NCBI GenBank assembly: GCA_019689775.1
Contig: JADGGV010000003.1
Coordinates: 1-35,301, forward strand
Direction of reading: 5' to 3'
Source: Gemmatimonadota bacterium
GTDB taxonomy: Bacteria; Gemmatimonadota; Gemmatimonadetes; Longimicrobiales; RSA9
Length of the DNA stretch: 35,301 nucleotides
Shown here: positions 7,716 through 17,187 of the stretch, in pieces
How positions within the stretch are numbered: position 1 is the first letter of the stretch
Layout: every line of letters starts with the position of its first letter
The notes under the pieces: model-generated
Told to the model about the DNA's origin: nothing
Database searches by the model: none
The model's input: the letters and a program-made list of their open reading frames with translations, nothing else
Position numbers and translations under genes: made by a program

Positions 7716-7749
7716 CCGCGTACGTCCCGCCGTGCGCGGCGCGAGCCGC

Positions 7750-9018
7750 CTACTCCTCGAACCGGCGGAGGATCAGCGTGACGTTGTGCCCGCCGAACCC
7801 GAACGAGTTGCTCGCCGCGTACTCCACCTCGCGCTCCACCATCCGGTTGTGCGCGTAGTCGAGGTCGCACGCCGGGTCCGGCGAGCTGAAGTTGATGGTC
7901 GGCGGGATCTTCCCCTCCTTCACGACCAGCGCGCAGATGACCGCCTCGACGGCGCCGGCCGCGCCGAGCAGGTGCCCGGTCATCGACTTCGTCGAGCCCA
8001 TGACCAGCTTGCGGGCATGCTCGCCAAAGACCGCCTTCACGGCCAGCGTCTCGTTCAGGTCGTTCATCGGCGTCGACGTCCCGTGCGCGTTGATGTAGCC
8101 GACCGCTTCGGGGCCGATCCCCGCGTCGCGCAGCGCCGCCCGCATGGCGAGCTGCGCCCCGGCCCCCTCCGGCGCCGGCGCCGTGAGGTGATACGCATCC
8201 GCGCTCTGCCCGAAGCCGACGAGCTCCGCCAGAATCGGCGCGCCCCGCCGGCGCGCGTGCGTCAGCCGCTCGAGGACGAGCGTGCCCGCGCCCTCACCGA
8301 GCACGAAGCCGTCCCGCGTCGCGTCGAACGGCCGGCTCGCCGTCTCCGGCGAGTCGTTGCGCGTCGACAGCGCCTTCATGTTCGCGAAGCCGGCGATCGT
8401 CATCGGCGTCACGGTCGCCTCGGCGCCGCCCGCAATCATCACGTCGGCCTCGCCCCGCTGGATCATGCGGTACGCCTCACCGACCGCGTGCGCGCTCGAG
8501 GCACACGCGGATACGGTCGCGAAGTTCGGCCCACGGAATCCGTAGCGCATCGACACGTGCCCGGCGGCGATGTCCGGGATGAACATCGGCACGAAGAACG
8601 GGCTGATCCGCTTCGGCCCGCGCTCCACCATCGTCCGCGCCTGTTCCTCGAACGTGGCGATGCCGCCGATGCCGCTGCCGATCAGGACGCCGACCCGGTC
8701 CTTGTCGATCGAGTCGAGCTGCTCCTCCAGCCCCGCCGCGCGCACCGCCTGCTGCGACGCCGCCAGCGCGAACTGGGCGAAGCGGTCCGTGCGCTTCACC
8801 TCCTTACGGTCCATGTACTGCTCGGGCTCGAAGCCCTTGACCTCGCACGCGAAGCGCACGTCGAAGTCCGGCGTCACCTCGAACTGCGTGATCGGCGCGC
8901 CGCCGCTCTTCCCCTCGAGCAGGGCGCGCCAGGTGGTCTCGACGTCGTTCCCCACCGGCGTGACCAGCCCCACGCCGGTGAGGACGACGCGACCCTCGTC
9001 GGACGCTCGGGTCACCAT
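7750..9018 (-). CDS. fabF: 3-oxoacyl-ACP synthase II
   Basis: VSACASSAH (Cys), INAHGTST (His), TKSMTGHLLGAAG (His), SNSFGFGGHN. Confidence 0.96.
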   Translation of the reverse strand: MVTRASDEGRVVLTGVGLVTPVGNDVETTWRALLEGKSGGAPITQFEVTPDFDVRFACEVKGFEPEQYMDRKEVKRTDRFAQFALAASQQAVRAAGLEEQLDSIDKDRVGVLIGSGIGGIATFEEQARTMVERGPKRISPFFVPMFIPDIAAGHVSMRYGFRGPNFATVSACASSAHAVGEAYRMIQRGEADVMIAGGAEATVTPMTIAGFANMKALSTRNDSPETASRPFDATRDGFVLGEGAGTLVLERLTHARRRGAPILAELVGFGQSADAYHLTAPAPEGAGAQLAMRAALRDAGIGPEAVGYINAHGTSTPMNDLNETLAVKAVFGEHARKLVMGSTKSMTGHLLGAAGAVEAVICALVVKEGKIPPTINFSSPDPACDLDYAHNRMVEREVEYAASNSFGFGGHNVTLILRRFEE

Positions 9019-9052
9019 CCGCGCTCCGTCCTGCTCCGCGGTCGAGCCACGC

Positions 9053-9295
9053 TCACTCGACTCCCTTCTCCCGCAGGTAGTTCACCGCATCGCCAACCGT
9101 CTGGAGCTTCTCGGCGTCCTCGTCCGGGATCTCGATGCCGAACTCCTCCTCGAAGGCCATCACGAGCTCGACCGTGTCCAGGGAGTCGGCCCCGAGGTCC
9201 TCCACGAACGACGCCTCGTCCGTGACCTTCTCCGGCTCGACCCCGAGCTCGTTCACGATGATCTCCTTGACCTTCTCCGCCACATTGTCCGCCAT
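9053..9295 (-). CDS. acpP: Acyl carrier protein
   Basis: 80 aa, acidic, [20 protein letters not shown] (phosphopantetheine Ser). Confidence 0.97.
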   Translation of the reverse strand: MADNVAEKVKEIIVNELGVEPEKVTDEASFVEDLGADSLDTVELVMAFEEEFGIEIPDEDAEKLQTVGDAVNYLREKGVE

Positions 9296-9317
9296 CGAAT
9301 CCTCACGGTTGGGGTGA

Positions 9318-10082
9318 TCACATCACCATTCCGCCGTCGACCACGATCGTCTGTCCCGTGATGTAGCTCGCCGCGGGACCGGCGAGAAAGCGCACCACAC
9401 CGGCGACATCCTGCGGCTGCCCGAGGCGGCCGAGGGCGATCTGCCCGATCAGCGCTTCCCGTGCGGCGTCGCCCAGCGCCGCCGTCATCTCCGTCTCGAT
9501 GTAGCCCGGCGCCACCGCGTTGCACAACACGTTGCGGGACGCCAGCTCCTTCGCCACCGCCTTCGTCAGGCCGATCAGCCCGGCCTTCGACGCGGCGTAA
9601 TTCGCCTGCCCCTTGTTGCCGACGAGCCCCACGACGCTCGTGATGTTGATAATCCGTCCCTGGCGCCGGCGCATCATCCCCTTCGCCGCCGCCCGGATCA
9701 GGTTGAACGCGCCTTTGAGGTTCGTGTCCAACACCCGGTCCCACGCCTCGTCGGAGATGCGCACCAGCAGGTTGTCCTGCGTGACGCCGGCGTTGTTCAC
9801 GAGCACGTCGACCGGGCCCAGCTCCGCCTCGACCGCCTGAAGCAGCGCGTCCACGGCCGCCGCATCGGCGACGTCGCAGGCGAAGCCGCCGTGCCCCGTG
9901 CCCGGCAGCACCGCGGCCGCCGCCAGCGCCCGCTCGCGGTCCCGCGCCACCACCGCCACCCGCGCGCCCGCCGCCGCCAGCGCCTCGGCCACCGCCCGGC
10001 CGATCCCGCGGCTCCCGCCGGTGACCAGCGCGACCTGCCCCGCCAGCTCCTTCCCCTCCGCCGTCATCGCCGCGTCGCTCAT
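9318..10082 (-). CDS. fabG: 3-oxoacyl-ACP reductase
   Basis: [28 protein letters not shown]. Start ATG 10082 (ATGA overlap with fabD). Confidence 0.95.
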   Translation of the reverse strand: MSDAAMTAEGKELAGQVALVTGGSRGIGRAVAEALAAAGARVAVVARDRERALAAAAVLPGTGHGGFACDVADAAAVDALLQAVEAELGPVDVLVNNAGVTQDNLLVRISDEAWDRVLDTNLKGAFNLIRAAAKGMMRRRQGRIINITSVVGLVGNKGQANYAASKAGLIGLTKAVAKELASRNVLCNAVAPGYIETEMTAALGDAAREALIGQIALGRLGQPQDVAGVVRFLAGPAASYITGQTIVVDGGMVM

Positions 10083-11002
10083 GAGTTCAGGAACGCCTCC
10101 GCCTCGTCCGCCGTGCCGATGCTCCGCACCTCGACTTCGCGCGAGACCCGCTTCAGCAGCCCCGCGAGCACGCTCCCGGGGCCCAGCTCCAGGAACCGGG
10201 TCACCCCGACGCCGACCAGGTACTGCATGCTCGCCGTCCAGCGCACGGGCGACGTCAGTTGCCGCACCAGCAGCCGACGCGCCTCGCCCGGCTCGGCCAC
10301 CGGCTCGGCGGTTACGTTCGACACGATCGGGAAACGAGGCGTCGCCAGCTCCACCTCGGCCAGCCGGGCCTCCAGCCCGGCTTCCGCCACCGCCATGAGC
10401 GGCGAGTGGAACGCGCCGGAGACGTTCAGCCGCACCGCGCGCTTCGCGCCGGCCGCCGTCGCCAGCGTCATGGCGCGCTCGACGGCCGCGAGGTCGCCGC
10501 TGATGACTACCTGCGCCGGCGAGTTGTAGTTCGCCGGCACGCACTCCCCGTCGGGCCCGGAGGCCTCGCGGCAGACGCGCTCGACCGCGGCGTCGTCCAG
10601 GCCGAGCAGCGCGGCCATCGTCCCCGGCCGCTCCTGGCCCGCGCGGAACATCAGCTCGCCGCGCCGACGCACCGTCCGCAGTGCGTCCGCGTAGGCGAGG
10701 GAGCCCGCCACCACGTAGGCGCTGAACTCGCCGAGCGAGTGTCCGGCCCCGTACGCCGCATCGCCCAGCCGCTCCGCCAGCACCCGCGCCACCGCGACCG
10801 AGTGGGCCAGGATCGCCGGCTGCGCGTTCAGCGTCAGCGTCAGCTCCTCCTCCGGGCCCTCCCACATGAGCCGCGTCAGCGGCACGCCCAGCGCCGCGTC
10901 GGCCTCCTCGAACGCCGCGCGCGCGGCCGGAAAACGCTCGGCCAGGTCGCGTCCCATCCCGAGGAACTGCGAGCCCTGGCCCGGAAAGAGCAGCGCTACC
11001 AA
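10079..11002 (-). CDS. fabD: Malonyl-CoA:ACP transacylase
   Basis: [41 protein letters not shown] start overlaps the end of fabH. Confidence 0.95.
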   Translation of the reverse strand: MVALLFPGQGSQFLGMGRDLAERFPAARAAFEEADAALGVPLTRLMWEGPEEELTLTLNAQPAILAHSVAVARVLAERLGDAAYGAGHSLGEFSAYVVAGSLAYADALRTVRRRGELMFRAGQERPGTMAALLGLDDAAVERVCREASGPDGECVPANYNSPAQVVISGDLAAVERAMTLATAAGAKRAVRLNVSGAFHSPLMAVAEAGLEARLAEVELATPRFPIVSNVTAEPVAEPGEARRLLVRQLTSPVRWTASMQYLVGVGVTRFLELGPGSVLAGLLKRVSREVEVRSIGTADEAEAFLNS

Positions 11003-11988
11003 CGGATCACCGAAGAGGCCCAGGTGAAGCCCGCGCCGAACGCCACCATGAGGATGATGTCGCCGCTGCGCACGCGCCCCTGCTCGATCGCCTCGTCGAG
11101 CGCGATGGGGATCGTCGCCGAGCTCATGTTCCCGTAGCGGTCCACGTTCACGAAGACCTTTTCCATCGGCACCTTGGCGTACTTCGCCGTGGCCTCGATG
11201 ATCCGGATGTTCGCCTGGTGGGGGATGAAGAGGTCGACGTCCTCACCCGTCAGGCCGGCCCGCAGGAGCGCCTGGTCCGCCGCGTCCGCCATCGACTTCA
11301 CCGCCGACTTGAAGACCTCGCGGCCGGCCATCTTGACCATGTGATCGCGCCGCTCGAGCGCCTCGTGGGTCATCGGCTCGACGACGCCGCCCACGGGCCG
11401 CCAGAGCAACTCCGCCAGCGTCCCGTCCGAGCGGATGTAGTTCGAGAGGACGCCCCGCCCGTTCGTGCTCTTCCGCACCACGACCGCGCCCGCGCCGTCG
11501 CCGAACAGCACCGCCGTCGAGCGGTCCGACATGTCCGTGATGCCCGTCATCTTCTCCGCCGAGACGACGAGCACGATCTCCGCGCGCCCGGCGGCGATCT
11601 GCCCCTCCGCCACGCCGAGCGCGTAGATGAAGCCGGAGCACGCCGCCGACACGTCGAACGCCGCGGCGTTCGTGGCGCCCAATTCCGCCTGGATCGCGCA
11701 CGCGGTCGAAGGCAGCAGCCGGTCCGGCGTCGCCGTCGCGCAGATCAGCACGTCGATCTCGCCCGGCTCGATCCCCGCCCGGCACATCGCGACCTTCGCC
11801 GCCTCCACCCCCATGTAGCCCGCGCCGATCTCGCGCGGCGCGATCCGCCGCTCCCGGATCCCCGTGCGCTCCCGGATCCACTCGTCGGACGTGTCGAGCG
11901 TCTTCTCGAAGTCCTGATTCGTCACGACGTTGTCGGGCAGCCATCGGCCCGTCGACGCGATCTCGACGATCGGCTTCGGTCGCTTCAT
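10996..11988 (-). CDS. fabH: 3-oxoacyl-ACP synthase III
   Basis: [19 protein letters not shown] (Cys), [17 protein letters not shown] (His), YGNMSSA (Asn). ATG 11988 overlaps the plsX stop. Confidence 0.95.
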   Translation of the reverse strand: MKRPKPIVEIASTGRWLPDNVVTNQDFEKTLDTSDEWIRERTGIRERRIAPREIGAGYMGVEAAKVAMCRAGIEPGEIDVLICATATPDRLLPSTACAIQAELGATNAAAFDVSAACSGFIYALGVAEGQIAAGRAEIVLVVSAEKMTGITDMSDRSTAVLFGDGAGAVVVRKSTNGRGVLSNYIRSDGTLAELLWRPVGGVVEPMTHEALERRDHMVKMAGREVFKSAVKSMADAADQALLRAGLTGEDVDLFIPHQANIRIIEATAKYAKVPMEKVFVNVDRYGNMSSATIPIALDEAIEQGRVRSGDIILMVAFGAGFTWASSVIRW

Positions 11989-13004
11989 GCACCCTCCGCG
12001 AGTCGGCGGGAGCCTCGCACCGCGCCGTGCGCGCCGAGGTCCGCCGCGATGTGGCCCACCATCTGCGTCTCGACCGCCTGGATCGCGACACGGATGGCGT
12101 TCCGGACCGCCCGCGGCGGCGAACCGCCGTGACAGATGATCGAAATGCCGTTGACGCCCAGCAGCGGCGCACCACCGTACGACGTGTAATCGAGCGCCTC
12201 CCACAGGCGCGACCGCTCCGGCCCGCCCGCCGCCGGCGAGCCACCGCCGTTGTCCAGGAGCTGGCAGAAGAACTGCGCCACCGACTCGTAGAACTTCAGC
12301 AGTACGTTGCCTACGAAGCCGTCCGTCACGAGCACGTCGCAGACGCCCCGGATGATGTCACGCCCCTCGACGTTCCCCGCGAAGTTCAACGTCGGATCCT
12401 CGCGCAGCAGCCGGTGCGTCTCGACCGCCAGCTCGTTCCCCTTCTCCGGCTCCTCACCAATGTTCAGGAGCCCGACCCGGGGATTCCCCCGCCGGAGCAC
12501 GTCCGTGGCGTAGATCGAGCCGAGATGAGCGAACTGCAAGAGGTGGTGCGGCTTGCTGTCCACGTTCGCGCCGGCGTCCAGCATCACCACCGGCTCCGTC
12601 GCGGTCGGCAGCAGCGTGGCCACCGCCGGCCGGTCCACGCCCGGGAGCGGCCGCAGAATGAAGAGCGACGCCGCCATCACCGCCCCCGTCGAGCCCGCGC
12701 TGACGAACGCGTCGACCTTCCCTTCCCGCTGGAGCGTCAGCCCCACCACGATCGACGAGTCCGGCTTGCGCCGCACCGCCGTGGCGGGCGCCTCTCCCGG
12801 CGTGATCGACTGCGACGCGTGGACCACCTCCAGGCGACCCTCCGGGACCGGGCCCGACCGCGCCAGCTCCGCCTCGACGACGCGCCGGTCGCCCACCAAC
12901 ACGATCTGAAAGTCGCCGGGCAGCTCGCGCAACGCCTGGACGGCCCCCTGCACCTCGACCTCGGGATGCCGGTCCGTCCCCATGGCATCGAGCGCGATGC
13001 GCAC
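11985..13004 (-). CDS. plsX: Phosphate acyltransferase PlsX
   Basis: GTG 13004 after a GAGGAGG SD. RIALDAMG, VSAGSTGA, LDAGAN, LLNIGEE, GNVEGRD, DGFVGN, YGGAPLLG, CHG. Confidence 0.95.
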   Translation of the reverse strand: MRIALDAMGTDRHPEVEVQGAVQALRELPGDFQIVLVGDRRVVEAELARSGPVPEGRLEVVHASQSITPGEAPATAVRRKPDSSIVVGLTLQREGKVDAFVSAGSTGAVMAASLFILRPLPGVDRPAVATLLPTATEPVVMLDAGANVDSKPHHLLQFAHLGSIYATDVLRRGNPRVGLLNIGEEPEKGNELAVETHRLLREDPTLNFAGNVEGRDIIRGVCDVLVTDGFVGNVLLKFYESVAQFFCQLLDNGGGSPAAGGPERSRLWEALDYTSYGGAPLLGVNGISIICHGGSPPRAVRNAIRVAIQAVETQMVGHIAADLGAHGAVRGSRRLAEGA

Positions 13005-13015
13005 GGCCAGCCTCC

Positions 13016-13201
13016 TCAGAGCTCCTCTTCGACCTCGAGCACCTGCTGGCCGCCGTACGTCCCGCACGACCGGCAAACGCGGTGCGGCATCCGATAGTCC
13101 CCACACTTCGCGCAGCGGACCAGCGTCGCCGCCTCCGCCCGAACGTCGCCGCGCCGCTTCCGCTTGCGCTGCTTGGACACCCGCTTCTTCGGAACCGCCA
13201 T
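13016..13201 (-). CDS. rpmF: 50S ribosomal protein L32 (Zn-ribbon form)
   Basis: MAVPKKRVSK...CAKCG...PHRVCRSCGTY, in the canonical yceD-rpmF-plsX position. Confidence 0.96.
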   Translation of the reverse strand: MAVPKKRVSKQRKRKRRGDVRAEAATLVRCAKCGDYRMPHRVCRSCGTYGGQQVLEVEEEL

Positions 13202-13214
13202 GAGTCCCCCTTGG

Positions 13215-13724
13215 TCAGTCGAGCTTCAGCTTCCGGAGCGGACCCCAGCGGTCGTCCACGTCCGGCTCGCCGCAGGCGCACTCGCCCTCGTTCAGATTCC
13301 CCCCGCAACGCGGACACAGCCCGCGGCACGCCTCCGAGCAGACCGCGTACGGCGGCACCGCCAGCAGAACCTGCTCCCGGACCAGCTCCCGCAGGTCCAG
13401 GTCGCGCCCCCGCGCAGGAAGCGGATAGACCTCCTCCTCCTCCGCCTCCGCCCGGTCGACGCCGGAGCGGAAGAGCGCCGCGACATCCTCGTCGATCGCC
13501 ACCCGGACGTCCCGCAGGCAGCGGCGGCACGACACCGCCGCCTCGCCCTCGATCGCGCCGCGCACGACCACGTCCGGCCCGGCCCGTTGCGCCTCCAGGT
13601 GGACGCCGAGCGGCCGGCTCAACGAGAGCCCGGTGCCTTGCCACATCGGGTCGTCCGGTGGCACGGCCTCGTCGAGGCGCAGCTTGCCGTCGCGCTCGAG
13701 GCGGCCCAGGTCCAACTCCAGCAT
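13215..13724 (-). CDS. yceD: DUF177/YceD family protein
   Basis: CRRCL, CSEACRGLCPRCGGNLN...CAC, DDRWGPLRKL; sits upstream of rpmF. ATG at 13724. Confidence 0.9.
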   Translation of the reverse strand: MLELDLGRLERDGKLRLDEAVPPDDPMWQGTGLSLSRPLGVHLEAQRAGPDVVVRGAIEGEAAVSCRRCLRDVRVAIDEDVAALFRSGVDRAEAEEEEVYPLPARGRDLDLRELVREQVLLAVPPYAVCSEACRGLCPRCGGNLNEGECACGEPDVDDRWGPLRKLKLD

Positions 13725-13732
13725 AGCTGTCA

Positions 13733-13761
13733 AAGATGACCAGATTTCAAGGCCCTGTCAA
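13733..13761 (-). promoter_or_regulatory. sigma70-type promoter for the yceD-rpmF-plsX-fab operon
   Basis: TTGACA (13761-13756), 17 nt, CATCTT (13738-13733), only 8 nt before the yceD ATG. Confidence 0.55.
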
Positions 13762-13783
13762 CCGACCGGGCCCGCGGCCGCAC

Positions 13784-14209
13784 TCACGGCGCCGTGCCGA
13801 GAAGGTCCGCTTCCGAGAAGAAGAAGCGAGCTTCGCGCCAGGCGTTCTCGACGGAGTCGGAGGCGTGGATCGCGTTGCGCTCCTTGGATTCGGCGAACCG
13901 CTTGCGGACCGTGCCTTCGGCGGCCTCGGCGGGATCGGTGGCGCCGATCGCCTCGCGCAGCGCGGCCACCGCGTTCTCGCGCTCGAGGACCGCGGGGATT
14001 ACGGGGCCGGAGGTCATGAAGCGAACGAGGGATTCGTAGAACGGCCGCTCGCGGTGGACGGCGTAGAACTCCCGAGCCTGCGCCTCGGACAGCCGCATCA
14101 TGCGGATGGCGCGGATGCGAAAGCCCTTCTCCTCGAGGAGGGCCAGGATTCGGGCGGCGTTCCCGGCGGCGACCGCGTCGGGCTTGATGATCGTGAGCGT
14201 CTGCTCCAT
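13784..14209 (-). CDS. ndk: Nucleoside diphosphate kinase
   Basis: TLTIIKPDAV, FYAVHRERPFY, GATDP, RNAIHASDS (phospho-His). Confidence 0.97.
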   Translation of the reverse strand: MEQTLTIIKPDAVAAGNAARILALLEEKGFRIRAIRMMRLSEAQAREFYAVHRERPFYESLVRFMTSGPVIPAVLERENAVAALREAIGATDPAEAAEGTVRKRFAESKERNAIHASDSVENAWREARFFFSEADLLGTAP

Positions 14210-14216
14210 GGCTGGG

Positions 14217-15095
14217 TCAACGTCCGAAGAGTTTTCGGATGATGTCGGCCCGGCTGAGAAAGCCGGTGAGCTTCCCCTCCGAGACGACGGGGAATTGCTC
14301 CACGTCCTTGTTGATCATGAGGTTCACGGCCTCGTCGAGGCCCATGTCCTCGGCGATACAGAGGACGGAGCGGGTCATGATGTCGCGGACGCGCAGGTCG
14401 GCCGGGATGGCGAGGCTCGCGCTGTCCTGCTCGTCGGCGCGCGGCACCTGGGGGAGGAGCGCACGCATGACGTCCCATTCGGTGACGATCCCCAGCACCT
14501 CGCCCTTCTCGCCGACGACGGGAATCGCCTTGACGCGCATGTCGACCATCATGTCGACGGCGGCGCGGACCGGCGCGCCGGGCGCGATGGCGCGCCGGTG
14601 GCTCATCAGGTCGCGGACGGTCAGGCGGGGCTGGACCTTGGCGTCGGCGAGCTCGCCGAGCGCGAGGACCTCGGCGGGCGAGCGGGCGTGGACGAGGGCG
14701 TCGACGACGTCGTCGTGGCGCAGCAGGCGGGCGAGCGTGGACAGCGTCTGGAGGTAGAGCGTCGACGCCTCGACGGGCGCCAGGATGAGCGCGACGAGTT
14801 CGGGCCGGACCGCGAGCCCGAAGTCGCGGGCGTCGAGTGGCTCGGCGGCGATGCCGAGGGCGACGACGAGGCGCTCGACGGCGTCCGTGCGGTGGTGCGG
14901 CAGCACGGCTCGCTCGCCGATGGGGACGATGGCGCGGCCCCGGCCCTCGAGCAACGTGCGACCGAGGGCGGTGGCGTCGCCGATCTCGCCGGCCCCGGCA
15001 AGGGCGCCGACCATGGCGGTCAGCGCCTCGCGGAGCGAGCGGGCCTCGAGCGGCGCGAAGATGTGCTCCGGTGGGAGCAGCTCTCGCAGACGCAT
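14217..15095 (-). CDS. Fusion of a PTS EIIA (Fru/Mtl/Ntr type) domain and a tandem CBS pair
   Basis: N-terminal half: MRLRELL...IGERAVLPH(67)...VVALGI...LILAP...YLQTLSTLARLL (EIIA_2-like). C-terminal half: VRDLMS...AIPVV..GEVLGIVTEWD and VRDIMT...QFPVV..GKLTGFLSRAD (two CBS motifs). Confidence 0.8.
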   Translation of the reverse strand: MRLRELLPPEHIFAPLEARSLREALTAMVGALAGAGEIGDATALGRTLLEGRGRAIVPIGERAVLPHHRTDAVERLVVALGIAAEPLDARDFGLAVRPELVALILAPVEASTLYLQTLSTLARLLRHDDVVDALVHARSPAEVLALGELADAKVQPRLTVRDLMSHRRAIAPGAPVRAAVDMMVDMRVKAIPVVGEKGEVLGIVTEWDVMRALLPQVPRADEQDSASLAIPADLRVRDIMTRSVLCIAEDMGLDEAVNLMINKDVEQFPVVSEGKLTGFLSRADIIRKLFGR

Positions 15096-15120
15096 GGTTC
15101 GGCCGGACCGGTCGCGCCGG

Positions 15121-16002
15121 TCAGAGCACCTCCCGGATGAGCCCGACGACGTCGGAGGGGCGCTCCATGACGCGGATGCCGGCGTCCTGGAAGGCCTGGA
15201 TCTTCTCGGCCGCGGTGCCCGCGGACCCGCTGATGATGGCGCCGGCGTGGCCCATGCGACGCCCCGGCGGCGCGGTTTGCCCGGCGATGAAGCCGATGAC
15301 GGGCTTCGTCACGTGGCGCTTGACGTACTCGGCGGCGTTCTGCTCGTCCGTGCCGCCGATCTCGCCGATCATGACGATCGCGCGGGTCTCGGGATCGGCC
15401 TCGAACGCGGCGAGGCAGTCGATGAAGTTCGTGCCGATGATCGGGTCGCCGCCGATGCCGACGCAGGTGCTCTGGCCGATCCCGGCGCGGGTGAGCTGGT
15501 AGACGACCTCGTAGGTGAGCGTGCCCGAGCGGGAGACGACGCCGACGGGGCCGGGCATCGCGATCTGACCGGGCATGATCCCGACCTTCGCCTTGCCGGG
15601 CGCGAGCACGCCGGGGCAATTCGGGCCGAGCAGCCGCGCGCCGCGCTCCCGGACGTAGGGGTAGACCCGGGTCATGTCGAGGACCGGCACACCCTCGGTG
15701 ATCGCGACGATGAAGGGGATCCCGGCGTCGGCCGCCTCCATGATCGCATCGGCTGCGAACGCGGGCGGCACGTAGATGATCGAGGTGTTGGCGCCGGTCT
15801 CGGCGACGGCGTCGCGCACCGTGTCGAAGATCGGCACGGCGTGGCCGCTCGGCCCCTCGAAGCGCTGCCCCCCCTTGCCCGGGGTCACGCCGCCGACCAC
15901 CGCCGTCCCGTACTCCATCATCTGCCGGGCGTGGAAGGAGCCGTCGCGCCCCGTGATCCCCTGCACCAGCAGGCGCGTGCTCTCGTCGATGAAGATCGCC
16001 AT
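15121..16002 (-). CDS. sucD: Succinyl-CoA synthetase alpha subunit
   Basis: [34 protein letters not shown] (phospho-His). Confidence 0.97.
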   Translation of the reverse strand: MAIFIDESTRLLVQGITGRDGSFHARQMMEYGTAVVGGVTPGKGGQRFEGPSGHAVPIFDTVRDAVAETGANTSIIYVPPAFAADAIMEAADAGIPFIVAITEGVPVLDMTRVYPYVRERGARLLGPNCPGVLAPGKAKVGIMPGQIAMPGPVGVVSRSGTLTYEVVYQLTRAGIGQSTCVGIGGDPIIGTNFIDCLAAFEADPETRAIVMIGEIGGTDEQNAAEYVKRHVTKPVIGFIAGQTAPPGRRMGHAGAIISGSAGTAAEKIQAFQDAGIRVMERPSDVVGLIREVL

Positions 16003-16005
16003 GGC

Positions 16006-17154
16006 TCAGACGTTCCCCTTGGCGGCGCCGGCCAGCTCGACCGCCTTCTGCACCACCTCGTCCATCGAGGTGGTCGCGCTGAAGCCGGCCTCGGCCAGGA
16101 TCTGCACCGCCTTCTCTTCGTTGGTCCCGGTCAGCCGGATCACCAGCGGCACGCCGATCTGGATGCGCCGGGTCGCTTCGACGATGCCGTTGGCGACGTC
16201 GTCGCAGCGGGTGATCCCGCCGAAGATGTTGAAGCAGATGACCCGGACGTGCGGGTCGCTCGTGATGATCCGCAGCGCGTTGACCACCTTCTCCGGGTTC
16301 GACGACCCGCCGATGTCGAGGAAGTTGGCCGGCTCGCCGCCGTAGAACTTGATCAGGTCCATCGTGGCCATGGCGAGGCCCGCGCCGTTGACCACCGCGC
16401 CGATGTTGCCGTCGAGCTGGATGAACGTCAGCCCCGCCTCCCGCGCGGCGGTCTCCGACGGCGGCTCCGCCGACGTGTCGCGCAGCGCCTCGATTTCGGG
16501 GTGCCGGAACAGCTCGTTGTCGTCGATGTTGATCTTGGCGTCGATCGCCTTCACCTCGCCCGCGGGCGTCGTGATGAGCGGGTTGATCTCCGCCAGCGAG
16601 GCGCCGCTGTCGATGAACGTATTGTAGAGCTGGCGCATGATGCGCGCGCACGCGCGCTGCTGCGCGGGGTCGTCGTAGAGCCGCGTCGCCAGCCAGTGCG
16701 CCTGGAACGGCAGCAGCCCGTAGCGCGTGTCGACCGGCAGCCGATGAATCGCGCCGGGGTTCGTGGCTGCAACCTCCTCGATGTCGATGCCGCCCTCGCG
16801 GCTCACCATGAAGACCGGCGACCGGGTGGCCCGATCGACGACGATGCCGACGTACGCCTCGGACGCGATGTCCTCCGCCGGCGTGACCAGCACCTTCTCG
16901 ACCACGAGCCCCTTGATCTGCATGCCGAGGATGCGCGTGGCATGCTCCCGCGCCTCCGCGGCGTCCTTCGCCAGCTTCACGCCGCCGGCCTTGCCGCGGC
17001 CGCCCGCGTGGACCTGGGCCTTCACGACGACGGGTCCGCCGAACGTGCTGGCGATGCGCTCGGCCTCCTCCGGGGTGGTCGCCACCTCCCCCGGCGGCAC
17101 CGGCACGCCGTGCGCCCGGAGCAGCTCCTTGGCCTGGTATTCGTGTATGTTCAT
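16006..17154 (-). CDS. sucC: Succinyl-CoA synthetase beta subunit
   Basis: [49 protein letters not shown]; ATG at 17154. Confidence 0.97.
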   Translation of the reverse strand: MNIHEYQAKELLRAHGVPVPPGEVATTPEEAERIASTFGGPVVVKAQVHAGGRGKAGGVKLAKDAAEAREHATRILGMQIKGLVVEKVLVTPAEDIASEAYVGIVVDRATRSPVFMVSREGGIDIEEVAATNPGAIHRLPVDTRYGLLPFQAHWLATRLYDDPAQQRACARIMRQLYNTFIDSGASLAEINPLITTPAGEVKAIDAKINIDDNELFRHPEIEALRDTSAEPPSETAAREAGLTFIQLDGNIGAVVNGAGLAMATMDLIKFYGGEPANFLDIGGSSNPEKVVNALRIITSDPHVRVICFNIFGGITRCDDVANGIVEATRRIQIGVPLVIRLTGTNEEKAVQILAEAGFSATTSMDEVVQKAVELAGAAKGNV

Positions 17155-17187
17155 GGCTCCGACCGTCACTCCTCGAGAAAAAGTCGG

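Noticed and set aside
7750-13004. fabF/acpP/fabG/fabD/fabH as a type II PKS or specialised lipid cluster next to radical-SAM genes
   Set aside because: The order is the canonical yceD-rpmF-plsX-fabHDG-acpP-fabF, there is no chain-length factor or tailoring enzyme, and the radical SAMs are recognisable Mqn enzymes behind their own promoter.
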